DNA from: a virus
DNA: 23,864 bases
Direction: 5' to 3' (one strand)
UHGV virus genome: UHGV-0329186
Shown here: one piece after another, positions 1 through 14,155 of the stretch
Position numbering within the stretch: the first letter of the stretch is position 1
How the letters are laid out: each line of letters begins with the position of its first letter
The notes under the pieces: generated by a model
Databases searched by the model: none
Told to the model about the DNA's origin: nothing
Seen by the model: the letters and a program-made list of their open reading frames with translations, nothing else
Position numbers and translations under genes: made by a program

Positions 1-733
1 TCGATGCGGCGGCCAAATCGTTGTAAATCCCCGTAAAGGCAGATGCGTGCCATGCCCGGTGACGCCAGAGGGAGTGTGTGCGTCGCTGCCATTTGTCGGT
101 GTACCTCTCTCGTTTGCTCAGTTGTTCAGGAATATGGTGCAGCAGCTCGCTGTCACCACAGTAAATGGCGGCATGATTCGGCACCGATGAACCAAAACAG
201 CACAGCAGCACATCGCCCGGCTGCGCCGCTGACAACGGCACCTGATACAACCCTGTGGCCTCCAGATTATCCAGATAGAGATTCTGACCGTGACGCCACC
301 AGTCATCCTCGCGATGAAAATCCGGCATCTCAATCCCCGCCAGATGGTAAGCATCCCGGAACAGCGTGTAACAGTCCGTCACCCCGTGCTCAAAGCGCCG
401 CCCGGAAAGATGTGGCACACAGCGGAACTTGTGAATCGCCCCCCGGCAAACCAGCCACCACGGCAAATCACTCTGCACCTGCAGCCGCCGGTCGGTCTCA
501 CTCAGCCAGGGCAGACCACCGGGGTGGCTGTGGACCAGCGCCACAATCTCACCCTGCATCTCTGCCCGCAGCCAGTCCTCCGGCGACATCCGGAAATACG
601 CCTCCGGCTCACCGGAGATATTTACGCAGGTAAGATATCTGTCTCCCTCCGGCGTTCTCACCACAAAGCCGCACGACTCCGCTGGCGCACATCGCCGGGC
701 GTGCGCCAGAATCGCTGATTCTGTCTGTGTCAT
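1..733 (-). CDS. K: Tail tip assembly protein K (3' end runs off the window; last few codons missing)
   Basis: Manual minus-strand translation from ATG at 733-731 gives MTQTESAILAHARRCAPAESCGFVV... and stays open to position 2, matching my recollection of lambda gpK. Absent from the ORF track because no stop lies inside the window. Confidence 0.85.
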   Translation of the reverse strand, partial: MTQTESAILAHARRCAPAESCGFVVRTPEGDRYLTCVNISGEPEAYFRMSPEDWLRAEMQGEIVALVHSHPGGLPWLSETDRRLQVQSDLPWWLVCRGAIHKFRCVPHLSGRRFEHGVTDCYTLFRDAYHLAGIEMPDFHREDDWWRHGQNLYLDNLEATGLYQVPLSAAQPGDVLLCCFGSSVPNHAAIYCGDSELLHHIPEQLSKRERYTDKWQRRTHSLWRHRAWHASAFTGIYNDLAAAS

Positions 734-738
734 GGGAT

Positions 739-1437
739 TTACTGCGAAAGTTTGTTAATGGAAAGGAAGCCGCCAAAGTTGCCGACGTTATTGCGAAACT
801 TACAACCGCTCAGGCATTTGCTGCATTTATCCTTCGTGATATCGGATGTAGGCTGGTCATATTCATCCGCGACAGCCGGACCGTGATAACCGCACTCATC
901 ACCGCGATAGGTCCAGGTGCAGGTATTAGCCAGCATGATGCGCCCCGGAAAAACAGCACCATCCGTTTCCGTCGGCGTGGACAGTACAAAAGAGGCACTG
1001 ACCGCGCTCAGTTCGCTGCACTGCTCGATGCGCCAGCGGCTGATCACCTCCTGCTCCGGATCGGCGTCGCTGTTTCCGTTGACGAAGTTCACCGCATCCA
1101 GAAAACGGGCATAAACCTTACGCCTGACCACCGTTCCGCCGACCAGACTCTGCAGGTCTTCCGCCATCCCGGTGACCATACCGTACAGGTTAGAAACCGT
1201 CAGCGTGGGGCGCGTACTGGTGCCTTTGCCATTCAGTTCGAAACCACTCCCCTGAATGGGATACGGCTGATACTGTCGCCCCTGCCAGGTGACCGGCTCA
1301 CCTTTTTCGTTCTGCTCATTACAGAAAAAATAACGTTCTCCACCAACCTCTGTCAGATCGATTTCCCAGAGCACCACGCAGGCAGACTGCTCCGCACGGG
1401 TGCATTCATTCAGTGTTTCCTGTCGGATATCCTGCAT
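739..1437 (-). CDS. L: Minor tail protein L
   Basis: 232 aa ORF between K and M, same length as lambda gpL; conserved lambda order K-L-M-H. Confidence 0.88.
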   Translation of the reverse strand: MQDIRQETLNECTRAEQSACVVLWEIDLTEVGGERYFFCNEQNEKGEPVTWQGRQYQPYPIQGSGFELNGKGTSTRPTLTVSNLYGMVTGMAEDLQSLVGGTVVRRKVYARFLDAVNFVNGNSDADPEQEVISRWRIEQCSELSAVSASFVLSTPTETDGAVFPGRIMLANTCTWTYRGDECGYHGPAVADEYDQPTSDITKDKCSKCLSGCKFRNNVGNFGGFLSINKLSQ

Positions 1438-1766
1438 CAGTTCACCACCTGTTCAAACTCTGCGCTGAACTCAACACGCAACATACTGACCCGCGACGAC
1501 CATTTTGCGCAGGTCACCTTTATCTGCCGGTAGCCATAAGGCGGCGTCCACAGAAAGGCCTTCCAGCCCCCGTGCTCAGCCAGAAACGACTCCAGCGCCG
1601 CGGCCTCCCAACGGGGAACAGAAAGCGTCACGCTGTACGTTTTCAGGTTGGCATTCAGCCCGGCAGGCGCTCGCTGGGAATAGCCATCACCAAAGCGCAC
1701 CTTTCTTACAGAAGGGGCCGAAGCCACATCCATACCGGGTTTCACTTTCCAGCGGAAGGTTTTCAT
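1437..1766 (-). CDS. M: Minor tail protein M
   Basis: 109 aa ORF (MKTFRWKVKPG...), same length and position as lambda gpM; overlaps the H stop. Confidence 0.88.
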   Translation of the reverse strand: MKTFRWKVKPGMDVASAPSVRKVRFGDGYSQRAPAGLNANLKTYSVTLSVPRWEAAALESFLAEHGGWKAFLWTPPYGYRQIKVTCAKWSSRVSMLRVEFSAEFEQVVN

Positions 1767-4324
1767 CGTCCACCTCCGGAGAACAGGCCACCATCACGCA
1801 TCTGTGTCTGAATTTCATCACGGGCACCCTTGCGGGCCATGTCATACACTGCCTTCATCATCTGTGGACCTGGCAGACCATTCGTACCGTCGTTCTGAAT
1901 CACCACGTGATTGTTCTGATTAAAATTAATGCCTTCAGCCCGCCGCATCTGCGCCGGACTTCCGGCACCGCCCACATAACCACCTTCCGCATAGCCGCGC
2001 ATCAGCCGGTACAGGTTGCCGACACCAATCCGGCTGGTTGCCTCCTTCGTGAAGACAAATTCACCACGGTGAACAATCCCCGCTGGCTCATATTTGCCGC
2101 CGGTTCCCGTAAATCCTCCGGTTGCAAAATGGAATTTCGCCGCAGCGGCCTGAATGGCTGTACCGCCTGACGCGGATGCGCCGCCACCAACAGCCCCGCC
2201 AATGGCGCTGCCGATACTCCCGACAATCCCCACCATTGCCTGCTTAAGCAGAATTTCTGTCATCATGGACAGCACGGAACGGGTGAAGCTGCGCCAGTTC
2301 TGCTCACTGCCGGTCAGCATCGCTGCCATATTCTGTGCAATACCATCAAAGGTCTGCGTGGCTGCACTTTTTACCTGCGACATACTGTCCGTGGCGCTCT
2401 CTTCCCACTCACTCCAGCCGGACTTCAGGCCTGCCATCCAGCTCCCGCGAAGCTGGTCTTCAGCCGCCCAGGTCTTTTTCTGCTCTGACATGACGTTATT
2501 CAGCGCCAGCGGATTATCGCCATACTGTTCCTTCAGGCGCTGTTCCGTGGCTTCCCGTTCTGCCTGCCGGTCAGTCAGCCCCCGGCTTTTCGCATCAATG
2601 GCGGCCCGTTTTGCCCGTTGCTGCTGTGCGAATTTATCCGCCTGCTGCGCCAGCGCGTTCAGGCGCTCCTGATACGTAACCTTGTCGCCAAGTGCAGCCA
2701 GCTGGCGTTTGTACTCCAGCGTCTCATCTTTATGCGCCAGCAGGGATTTCTCCTGTGCAGACAGCTGGCGACGTTGCGCCGCCTCCTCCAGTACCGCGAA
2801 CTGACTCTCCGCCTTCCACAAATCCCGGCGCTGCTGGCTGATTTTCTCATTTGCTCCGGCATGCTTCTCCAGCGTCCGGAGTTCTGCCTGAAGCGTCAGC
2901 AGGGCAGCATGAGCACTGTCTTCCTGACGATCGCCCGCAGACACCTTCACGCCGGACTGTTTCGGCTTTTTCAGCGTCGCTTCATAATCCTTTTTCGCCG
3001 CCGCCATCAGCGTGTTGTAATCCGCCTGCAGGATTTTCCCGTCTTTCAGTGCCTTGTTCAGTTCTTCCTGACGGGCGGTATATTTCTCCAGCGGCGTCTG
3101 CAGCCGTTCGTAAGCCTTCTGCGCCTCTTCGGTATATTTCAGCCGTGACGCTTCGGTATCGCTCTGCTGCTGCGCATTTTTGTCCTGTTGAGTCTGCTGC
3201 TCAGCCTTCTTTCGGGCGGCTTCAAGCGCAAGACGGGCCTTTTCACGATCATCCCAGTAACGCGCCCGCGCTTCATCGTTAACAAAATAATCATCCTTGC
3301 GCAGATTCCAGATGTCGTCTGCTTTCTTAAACGCAGCCTCTGCCTTAATCAGCATCTCCTGCGCGGTATCAGGACGACCAATATCCAGCACCGCATCCCA
3401 CATGGATTTGAATGCCCGCGCAGTCCTGTCTGCCCAGGTCTCCAGCGTGCCCATGTTCTCTTTCAGGCGGCGGGTCTGGTCATCAAACCCTTTCGTTGCG
3501 GCCTCGTTCGCCGCCTGCAATGCCCCGGCTTCATCGCCGGAACGCTGCAACTGAGCAACATACGCAATCTGCTCCGCCGTCACGTTATGGAACTGGCGCG
3601 CCATCGCCGTCAGCCCCGACGTCGGGTCAGTGGTCAGCTTCCCGAAGGCTTCAGCGACCTTGTCCACCTCCACACCGGATGCAGAGGAGAAACGCGCCAC
3701 ACTCTGGCTGATGGACGCAATCTGAGCCTCACCGCTTACCCCCGCCTTAACCAGTGCACTGAGTGACTCGCTGGTCTGGTTAAACGTCAGCCCTGCCGCC
3801 TGCCCGGCTCTGGACAGGACCAGCATACGATCTGCCGTCAGACCCGACTGATTACCGGAAAGGACCAGCGTTTTGTTGAAATCGGACAGGGTTGAGTTAC
3901 CCTGATACCAGGCATACGCCAGCGCACCGGTCGCCACCGCCAGCGAGGTGGCCCCGACCATCGGCAGGGTGATCGCACCGGCAAGCCCCCGGAACATGGG
4001 GATCATCCCGCCGAAGGAGTCCTTAACCTGACCACCCTGTTGCAGCAGGATCAGCCACGGGCTTTGCCCGCCTGCAAGCTGCGTGGCCACGTCGGTGAAC
4101 TGTGCAGGCAGCATACGCATGGCGGCTTTATACTGCCCGACGGAAATCCCCGCTTTCTGTGCAGCCAGCGCCTGTCGGCTCAGCGACTGTTCAACGACTG
4201 CCGCTGTTTTTTTCGCATCACTTTCCGTACCGGAAAAATGACGCCTGACTCTGGCCATCTGCTCGTCAAATCTGGCCGCATCCAGACTTAAATCAACGAC
4301 CAGATCGCCTACCGGTTCAGCCAT
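1763..4324 (-). CDS. H: Tail tape measure protein H
   Basis: 853 aa ORF, same length as lambda gpH; Ala/Gln/Glu-rich coiled-coil centre and Gly-rich C-terminus; sits between G/T and M. Confidence 0.92.
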   Translation of the reverse strand: MAEPVGDLVVDLSLDAARFDEQMARVRRHFSGTESDAKKTAAVVEQSLSRQALAAQKAGISVGQYKAAMRMLPAQFTDVATQLAGGQSPWLILLQQGGQVKDSFGGMIPMFRGLAGAITLPMVGATSLAVATGALAYAWYQGNSTLSDFNKTLVLSGNQSGLTADRMLVLSRAGQAAGLTFNQTSESLSALVKAGVSGEAQIASISQSVARFSSASGVEVDKVAEAFGKLTTDPTSGLTAMARQFHNVTAEQIAYVAQLQRSGDEAGALQAANEAATKGFDDQTRRLKENMGTLETWADRTARAFKSMWDAVLDIGRPDTAQEMLIKAEAAFKKADDIWNLRKDDYFVNDEARARYWDDREKARLALEAARKKAEQQTQQDKNAQQQSDTEASRLKYTEEAQKAYERLQTPLEKYTARQEELNKALKDGKILQADYNTLMAAAKKDYEATLKKPKQSGVKVSAGDRQEDSAHAALLTLQAELRTLEKHAGANEKISQQRRDLWKAESQFAVLEEAAQRRQLSAQEKSLLAHKDETLEYKRQLAALGDKVTYQERLNALAQQADKFAQQQRAKRAAIDAKSRGLTDRQAEREATEQRLKEQYGDNPLALNNVMSEQKKTWAAEDQLRGSWMAGLKSGWSEWEESATDSMSQVKSAATQTFDGIAQNMAAMLTGSEQNWRSFTRSVLSMMTEILLKQAMVGIVGSIGSAIGGAVGGGASASGGTAIQAAAAKFHFATGGFTGTGGKYEPAGIVHRGEFVFTKEATSRIGVGNLYRLMRGYAEGGYVGGAGSPAQMRRAEGINFNQNNHVVIQNDGTNGLPGPQMMKAVYDMARKGARDEIQTQMRDGGLFSGGGR

Positions 4325-4757
4325 ACCGGACTCCTCCTGCGATCCCTTCTGATACTGTCATCAGCATTACGTCATCCTCCGTCATGCCCGCCATATCCGG
4401 GGAAGCGGGGATAACTTCATTTCCGTCCGGGTCAAAGCGGACGCCTCCGGCAAGCCCTGCCGCTTTCTGCATCAGCACATCATCTTCAGGCTCTTCGTCA
4501 TCCTCACGCCGGTTCAGCAGACTGAAATCCAGCGGATGCATATCCGGATCGCTGAAAAACAGGCTGAGCACAGTGTACGTCAGCCCGGAAAAGTGCATAT
4601 CCAGCAGAACATCATGAAAATAATGGGTACTGTAAAAGCGGTGCCAGTCGGCATACTCCGTGGATGACATCCCGGCAAGCATGGCGCGCCAGTCGGGTCG
4701 CCCCATCTCACGCGCCAGTTTCAGGGCAAAACTCAGCTCACCGTCGAACACTTTCCC
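4317..4757 (-). CDS. T: Tail assembly chaperone T, expressed as a G-T fusion by -1 programmed frameshift
   Basis: ORF in the -1 frame relative to G overlapping the G 3' end; slippery heptamer GGGAAAG at 4751-4757; translation after the slip reads ...GKVFDGELSF..., as in lambda gpGT. Confidence 0.75.
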   Translation of the reverse strand, partial: GKVFDGELSFALKLAREMGRPDWRAMLAGMSSTEYADWHRFYSTHYFHDVLLDMHFSGLTYTVLSLFFSDPDMHPLDFSLLNRREDDEEPEDDVLMQKAAGLAGGVRFDPDGNEVIPASPDMAGMTEDDVMLMTVSEGIAGGVRYG

Positions 4758-5155
4758 GCAGAAACAGGCTCTGCAGGCCCGGCGTCCTCTGCCTGTTCAG
4801 GGGCATTATTCACCACAAACTCAGACATACCGGACAGCCGGTACACCACGTTTTCAGCATGAGAAATTGCCTCTGTGGGCCAGGTGGTAAGCACTTCCTG
4901 CTCAATCTGTTTAACGGCCTCATTCATGGACGGCATCTGCGTCTTCTTCGGATGGTTATGCCACAGGGACATCGCCACCAGAAACGCGCCGGTTCTGATG
5001 ACGTCTTCCACAGTAACCTGACGGTTGCTGTCGGATCCCGCCTGTTCTGCCTGCCGTTTCATCAGGGCAAGATGCTCAATACGCTGCAGGGCTGACAGTT
5101 CAGAAAGCGTGACGGTCACGCCGTTATATTCAAATGATTCGGTTTTCAGGAACAT
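4733..5155 (-). CDS. G: Tail assembly chaperone G
   Basis: 140 aa ORF ending ...SAGKCSTVS, same length and C-terminus as lambda gpG; directly downstream of V. Confidence 0.9.
   Translation of the reverse strand: MFLKTESFEYNGVTVTLSELSALQRIEHLALMKRQAEQAGSDSNRQVTVEDVIRTGAFLVAMSLWHNHPKKTQMPSMNEAVKQIEQEVLTTWPTEAISHAENVVYRLSGMSEFVVNNAPEQAEDAGPAEPVSAGKCSTVS
4751..4757 (-). promoter_or_regulatory. -1 programmed ribosomal frameshift site (G GGA AAG) for G/GT
   Basis: Plus strand reads ctttccc at 4751-4757, i.e. GGGAAAG on the coding strand, just upstream of the G stop, in the position of the lambda G/GT frameshift. Confidence 0.7.
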
Positions 5156-5170
5156 CGCTGACTCTCCGGA

Positions 5171-5911
5171 TTAACTGGCGGTGACGTTGATTTCTGCAAC
5201 CGCAGCAAACTCACCATTACCGGATACGACCGGAATGTTGACCTTGCCTGCAGCAACGCCGTTCACGGTGATGGTCATACCACTGACCGACACGGTGGCT
5301 TTTGTTTTATCCGCAGACACCGCACGAAAGCTCTTGTCGGTTACGCCCTCCGGCTGGAAGGCCACGGTCAGCGTGGTGCTCTGCCCTTTCACCACCGAGG
5401 TGCTGGCAGGCGTCACGGTCATGCCGGTTGCCGCTGTTACCGTGCTGCGATCTTCTGCCATCGACGGACGTCCCACATTGGTGACTTTCACCGTACGGGT
5501 GATCACTTCCTTCGCCATCACCGCCTTACCGATACTGCTGACCCAGCCACGGAACACATCGACCGTGCCGTTCGGGAAGCGGATTTTATAGGCACGGGTA
5601 TCGCCTTCATTAAACCACGCCAGCAGCGCCTGCTGCCCCTGCTCTCCGGGCATCCACGCCAGCGTGAAGCTGGTATCTCCGGCAGATTTCTGCCCCTGCC
5701 CGGTCGCAGTCCAGTCCGCATCTTCATCATCGAGATAGCTGTCGTCATAGGACTCAGCGGTCAGTTCGCCGGGTGTCAGGTCTTTAACTTTTGCCAGACG
5801 CGACCAGTCAACGTCTGAAAGCGGGTTCGCATAAGGGTCACCGTTCCCCTTATAAACCCACAGTGTGGTCCCGGCCCCTTTCACCGGTGCCAGAGGATTT
5901 GGTGTTGGCAT
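5171..5911 (-). CDS. V: Major tail tube protein V (with C-terminal Ig-like domain)
   Basis: Track ORF trimmed to the internal ATG at 5911-5909 ([22 protein letters not shown]...), giving 246 aa as in lambda gpV; C-terminal Thr/Val/Ser-rich segment typical of the Ig-like domain. Confidence 0.9.
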   Translation of the reverse strand: MPTPNPLAPVKGAGTTLWVYKGNGDPYANPLSDVDWSRLAKVKDLTPGELTAESYDDSYLDDEDADWTATGQGQKSAGDTSFTLAWMPGEQGQQALLAWFNEGDTRAYKIRFPNGTVDVFRGWVSSIGKAVMAKEVITRTVKVTNVGRPSMAEDRSTVTAATGMTVTPASTSVVKGQSTTLTVAFQPEGVTDKSFRAVSADKTKATVSVSGMTITVNGVAAGKVNIPVVSGNGEFAAVAEINVTAS

Positions 5912-5918
5912 ATCGTCC

Positions 5919-6314
5919 TCACATTTCATAGGTAATGACATAAGTCAGATCGGCTGAACTCCACAGGCCCGCATCATCGTCGCGCCGGTAGTCATAGCCA
6001 CTGGCCACCATACTGGTGATCAAATCTGACAGTGCCGGGATATCGCTCATCACCGGATAAATCCGGGACTCCATCCACGCATCCAGCTCTGAATCCGGCA
6101 CCTGAGCAGGCAGGAAAACTTCGATATGCAGCTCCGCCTGCCAGGTATCGCTGTCCAGCTCTTCGCCCGTGTATTCAGCGCCGGTGAGATAAACGGCAAC
6201 TGCCGGAAAATCCGCCTCATCAAAAACAGCGGGGCGACCATCAAAAAGCGTCGCCCCGGTGTCATGCTTCTCCAGTGCATCCAGTACGGCTGCACGGAGT
6301 TCAGTATGTTTCAT
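5919..6314 (-). CDS. U: Tail terminator protein U
   Basis: 131 aa ORF, same length and position as lambda gpU (between Z and V). Confidence 0.87.
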   Translation of the reverse strand: MKHTELRAAVLDALEKHDTGATLFDGRPAVFDEADFPAVAVYLTGAEYTGEELDSDTWQAELHIEVFLPAQVPDSELDAWMESRIYPVMSDIPALSDLITSMVASGYDYRRDDDAGLWSSADLTYVITYEM

Positions 6315-6889
6315 CGCTTTATTACCATTCTCAGTTGATGCTGCAGCGCATAGCCCAGCTCTTTCGGAAGACGCTCACGCCGTATCCGCTCAATATTCTG
6401 TTTAAACGCCGTGGTCAGCGGCACCGCCATCGGGATTTTCACCACATCAATGGGGTAACGGTTTTTCCCGGCCACACGCTGCATGACATGCCACCGGCCA
6501 TTTTTCAGTTGCTGAATAAACGCGCCGGGAATACGACGGTTTCCCACCACAAGCACGCTGCCGCCACCTTTCAGGGATGAACGCTGCCCCTTTTTACGAC
6601 GCCTGCGGCGGGACAGGACAACCCGCGCATTACCCAGCCTGATTACGGGCAAATCCCCCCGGTTAACCCTGATTCTGGCCTGCGGATTTTTGACCGTGGC
6701 CCTTTTCAGCCTGGCCCTTTCCTTTACCAGTTTCCGGCGTACCTTTGTCTCACGGGCAACCTGTGACGCAGACTGCGATATCGCGGATGAAGCAACGCGG
6801 TTAATGGCCATTGCGGCGGCACCAGGCACCGCCGTTTTGCTGATACGGCTGAGGTTTTCAACGGCCTGCTCAAGACCTTTTATGGCCAT
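6311..6889 (-). CDS. Z: Tail completion protein Z
   Basis: 192 aa ORF, same length and position as lambda gpZ; its stop overlaps the U start. Confidence 0.87.
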   Translation of the reverse strand: MAIKGLEQAVENLSRISKTAVPGAAAMAINRVASSAISQSASQVARETKVRRKLVKERARLKRATVKNPQARIRVNRGDLPVIRLGNARVVLSRRRRRKKGQRSSLKGGGSVLVVGNRRIPGAFIQQLKNGRWHVMQRVAGKNRYPIDVVKIPMAVPLTTAFKQNIERIRRERLPKELGYALQHQLRMVIKR

Positions 6890-6900
6890 ACATCCCCCTT

Positions 6901-7254
6901 TCAGCGGCGACGGTTAACGGCAGGCGGTACGCCCCGCCCAAGCCAGAGATGACAGCTTCCGCCATCATCCGGCGTAACCCGATCTACCCAGAAGTTTTCC
7001 TCACCGATGATCAGCGTGTCTCCACGCCGCAGCTGCCGCACATCATCAGTCCGGACAAACAGGGACGGGCTGGAGCCTTCAACGCGCACGCCCTGTCCGG
7101 CATAGCTGATATTTTCAGGGTCATCAAAAACACCACGTATCACCGCACCGGACTGCTCACCGGATGTCATGGTGGCTGACGTTCCCATGTACCCGCGTAT
7201 CGTTTCATCAGCGCGGGCAATGGCAGCATCGAACAGGTTATCGAAATCAGCCAC
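6901..7254 (-). CDS. FII: Head-tail joining protein FII
   Basis: 117 aa ORF, same length and position as lambda gpFII. Confidence 0.87.
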   Translation of the reverse strand: MADFDNLFDAAIARADETIRGYMGTSATMTSGEQSGAVIRGVFDDPENISYAGQGVRVEGSSPSLFVRTDDVRQLRRGDTLIIGEENFWVDRVTPDDGGSCHLWLGRGVPPAVNRRR

Positions 7255-7265
7255 AGCGCCTCCCG

Positions 7266-7664
7266 TTATTGCATTCTGGCCAGGCCACGTTCTGTCATTT
7301 CGGCTGCCACACCGGCAGAGACACGAAACGCCGTTCCCGGCAGCACAAATGCCACAGGTTTATCCCGCGTGGCGTGAAGCGCATCAGTATGCAGCGTCAC
7401 CAGTGCCACGACCGTGACCAGTTCAGCCGTATCCTGAATCACGGTATCCGGCTGCGCTGATACCACCTCATTTTCATGCCCGGTCAGCACATTTTCCCGG
7501 CTGAGAGGGGTGTCCTGACCGGCAGTTTCATCCGTGTCATCAAGCTCTTCTTCCAGCTCTGCCACACGAAGCGCCAGTTCTTCTTTCGTTCCCGTCAAAC
7601 TGACATCGCGGTTCAGTTGCTCACCCAGCTCCTGAAGACGGGCAATCAGTTCATCTTTCGTCAT
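7266..7664 (-). CDS. FI: DNA packaging protein FI
   Basis: Track ORF trimmed to the internal ATG at 7664-7662 (MTKDELIARL...), giving 132 aa as in lambda gpFI; acidic EELDDTDE stretch. Confidence 0.85.
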   Translation of the reverse strand: MTKDELIARLQELGEQLNRDVSLTGTKEELALRVAELEEELDDTDETAGQDTPLSRENVLTGHENEVVSAQPDTVIQDTAELVTVVALVTLHTDALHATRDKPVAFVLPGTAFRVSAGVAAEMTERGLARMQ

Positions 7665-7705
7665 GAACTCCTCCACAGAGAGAAAATGGCCCCGAAGGGC
7701 CATGA

Positions 7706-8731
7706 TTACGCCAGTTGTACAGACACGAACTCATCAGGATCAGCCAGCAGCATCAGCGGTGCTGACTGAATCATGGTGAACTCACGCGCCGGATCGCCGG
7801 TGGTCACCCAGTTTTTCGGGTAACGGGCAGAGGCGTTAATGCCTTCGCGCTGTGCGTCCGCATCCTGAATGCAGCCATAGGTGCGCAGACCGCGTGCCTG
7901 AGTGTTCCCCAGCACCATCGTGTTGTCCGGCAGGAAGTTCTTTTTGACGCCGTTTTCCACGTACTGTCCGGAATACACGACGATGGCCACATCGCCATAC
8001 ATCCCCTTATAGGACACCGCTTTGCCCAGGTCTTTCACCGCTGTCTCCAGCTCGGAATGAGAGCCACGACGGGTATCCAGCTTCTCCTTGACGGCTTTGA
8101 AGGAACGGAACAGCGCCCAGCCTTTCGGATCGAACACGATGATATTCACCACACCGCTGGCGTTCAGCGCGTAGGCTTCGATATCGTCGGTCGGGTCATA
8201 CGTGGACTTGTCACGCTTGCTCCACTCCGTGCCGCCGGACTGCGTGATGTTATTCTCCTCACTGCGGCCCATATCCACCTCAACCGGATCGAAGGCTTCA
8301 CCGGTCATGGTGTATTTGCCCTTAAGCACGGCAGAAACTGCCTGCATCTCTTCGACCTGAGCAATGGCCAGCTCTTCGTCACGCATGTTCTGCATGATGA
8401 TGCGACGGCGGCGGTAAGCCGGGTCCGCCAGATTCTGCGGATCTTCATCCGGCAGGCGACGCAGGGTCATCTGCGGATTCACTTCATGCTTCGGCTTGAC
8501 ATATCCCGGCGTAAATTCAGAGGTGGAGCCGCCACGGGAACGGATAACCTCACCGGAAACAATCGGCGAAACGTACAGCGCCATGTTTACCAGTCCCGGA
8601 ATTTGTGAGAGATAGACTTTCTCCGTGGTGAAGGGATAGCTCTCACGGAAAAAGAGACGCAGAAACAGCGGATCAAACTTAAATTTCTGCTCATTTGCCG
8701 CCAGCAGCTGGGCGGTTGTGTACATCGACAT
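7706..8731 (-). CDS. E: Major capsid protein E
   Basis: Track ORF trimmed to the ATG at 8731-8729 (MSMYTTAQLLAANEQKFKFDPLFLRLFF...), giving 341 aa as in lambda gpE. Confidence 0.92.
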   Translation of the reverse strand: MSMYTTAQLLAANEQKFKFDPLFLRLFFRESYPFTTEKVYLSQIPGLVNMALYVSPIVSGEVIRSRGGSTSEFTPGYVKPKHEVNPQMTLRRLPDEDPQNLADPAYRRRRIIMQNMRDEELAIAQVEEMQAVSAVLKGKYTMTGEAFDPVEVDMGRSEENNITQSGGTEWSKRDKSTYDPTDDIEAYALNASGVVNIIVFDPKGWALFRSFKAVKEKLDTRRGSHSELETAVKDLGKAVSYKGMYGDVAIVVYSGQYVENGVKKNFLPDNTMVLGNTQARGLRTYGCIQDADAQREGINASARYPKNWVTTGDPAREFTMIQSAPLMLLADPDEFVSVQLA

Positions 8732-8743
8732 AAAAAAATCCCG

Positions 8744-8767
8744 TAAAAAAAGCCGCACAGGCGGCCT
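8744..8767 (-). terminator. Stem-loop plus U-tract in the D-E intergenic space (attenuator-like)
   Basis: Minus strand reads GCCGC-CTGT-GCGGC followed by TTTTTTT, between the D stop (8787) and the E start (8731). Confidence 0.4.
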
Positions 8768-8786
8768 TTAGTGATGAAGGGTAAAG

Positions 8787-9119
8787 TTAAACGATGCTGA
8801 TTGCCGTTCCGGCAAACGCGGTCCGTTTTTTCGTCTCGTCGCTGGCAGCCTCCGGCCAGAGCACATCCTCATAACGGAACGTGCCGGACTTGTAGAACGT
8901 CAGCGTGGTGCTGGTCTGGTCAGCAGCAACCGCAAGAATGCCAACGGCAGCACCGTCGGTGGTGCCATCCCACGCAACCAGCTTACGGCTGGAGGTGTCC
9001 AGCATCAGCGGGGTCATTGCAGGCGCTTTCGCACTCAATACGCCGGGCGCGGTTGCGGTATGAGCCGGGTCACTGTTGCCCTGCGGCTGGTAATGGGTAA
9101 AGGTTTCTTTGCTCGTCAT
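8787..9119 (-). CDS. D: Capsid decoration protein D
   Basis: Track ORF trimmed to the ATG at 9119-9117 ([26 protein letters not shown]...), giving 110 aa as in lambda gpD. Confidence 0.9.
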   Translation of the reverse strand: MTSKETFTHYQPQGNSDPAHTATAPGVLSAKAPAMTPLMLDTSSRKLVAWDGTTDGAAVGILAVAADQTSTTLTFYKSGTFRYEDVLWPEAASDETKKRTAFAGTAISIV

Positions 9120-9128
9120 AAACATCCC

Positions 9129-9734
9129 TTACACTGGTGTGTTCAGCAAATCGTTAACGGCATCAGATGCCGGGTTACCTGCAGCCAGCGGTGCCGGTGC
9201 CCCCTGCATCAGACGATCCAGCGCAGTGTCACTGCGCGCCTGTGCACTCTGTGGTGCAGCTGCCAGAATGCGGCGGGCCGTTTCCACGGTCATACCGGGG
9301 GTTTCTGCCAGCACGCGGGCCTGTTCTTCGCGTCCGTGAGCCTCCTCACAGTTGAGGATCCCCATAATGCGGCTGTTTTCTGCCGCAACCGCAGCGGTGA
9401 TCTGCGCGTTCACGTCCGGCTGCGCCGCGCTGGCGTTTTCGCCCTCCGTCGCTGGCACCACGTCAGTAACGTCAGCCTGCGAAGCAGTGGCTGAAACAGT
9501 TGTTGATTGAGTCTCTTTGGTCATTCGCCCTCCTGAGAGACGGGATTTACGTGCATCCAGTGCATCACGCATAACGGTGATCGCATCGGTACTGTTAACA
9601 AGTTCATCAGCCAGTCCGGCATCAATGGCCTCCTGACCGCTGTACACTGCAGCCTCGGTATCCAGCACAGCCTGCACAGACAGGCCGGTATATGCCGACA
9701 CCTTCTGCGCAAACATCTGGCGGGTTGCGTCCAT
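9129..9734 (-). CDS. Nu3: Capsid scaffolding protein Nu3 (nested in-frame within the 3' part of C)
   Basis: In-frame ATG at 9734-9732 inside C gives a 201 aa product (MDATRQMFAQKVSAYTGLSVQ...) sharing the C stop, the same nested arrangement and length as lambda Nu3. Confidence 0.6.
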   Translation of the reverse strand: MDATRQMFAQKVSAYTGLSVQAVLDTEAAVYSGQEAIDAGLADELVNSTDAITVMRDALDARKSRLSGGRMTKETQSTTVSATASQADVTDVVPATEGENASAAQPDVNAQITAAVAAENSRIMGILNCEEAHGREEQARVLAETPGMTVETARRILAAAPQSAQARSDTALDRLMQGAPAPLAAGNPASDAVNDLLNTPV

Positions 9735-10428
9735 CCGGGACTGCAGTGTCTCCCGGACGTCATCCGGAAGATGGCTGTAGGGATTGCCATCCACCTTATG
9801 GCTGCCGCTGTAAATCAGCGTGATTTCCACGCCCTGTTTCTCCAGCGCAGCACCGTAATTGCTGTGAGCCATCATGACGCCGATGGAGCCTGTCCGGGCG
9901 GTCTGCGTGACCAGACGCCGGGAGGCGGCGCTGGCAAGCAGCTGACCTGCACTGCAGTTCATGTCGTTGGCCAGCGCCCATACCGGTTTTATGTCTCGCA
10001 CACGGGCGATGATGTCAGCACAGTCAAATGCTCCCGCCACCATCCCGCCCGGTGTGTCCATATCCAGCAGAATGCCGTCCACCATCGGATCGCTGGCAGC
10101 CTGTTGCAGACGGGCGATAATGCCGTTGTAACCGGTCATCCCCGAGTACGGCTGCAGCGCCCGCGTCCGGCTGACCAGCGTACCGGACACCGGCAGCACG
10201 GCGATGCCGTTCATGACCTGATAGCTGCGGGCCTGTCGTGGTCCGTCATCATCACCGGATAACGCCAGCGCCGCGGGTGCCTCTCCGGCAGTCAGGCTGT
10301 CGCCGGATACTGCATCCGTCAGGCGGCTGATCCCAAGCTGGCCTGCAAGCGCACAAAAGAAAACCCGCGCATAGGCGGGTTCAAGCATCAGCGGCTCATT
10401 AAAAGCCATGCTGGCAATATGCGGGAGA

Positions 10429-10448
<20 letters not shown>
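9129..10448 (-). CDS. C: Capsid assembly protease C
   Basis: Track ORF trimmed to GTG at 10448-10446 (V-TAELRNLPHIASMAFNEPLMLEPA...), giving 439 aa as in lambda gpC; the start overlaps the B stop. Confidence 0.85.
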
Positions 10449-14129
<3,681 letters not shown>

Positions 14130-14155
<26 letters not shown>
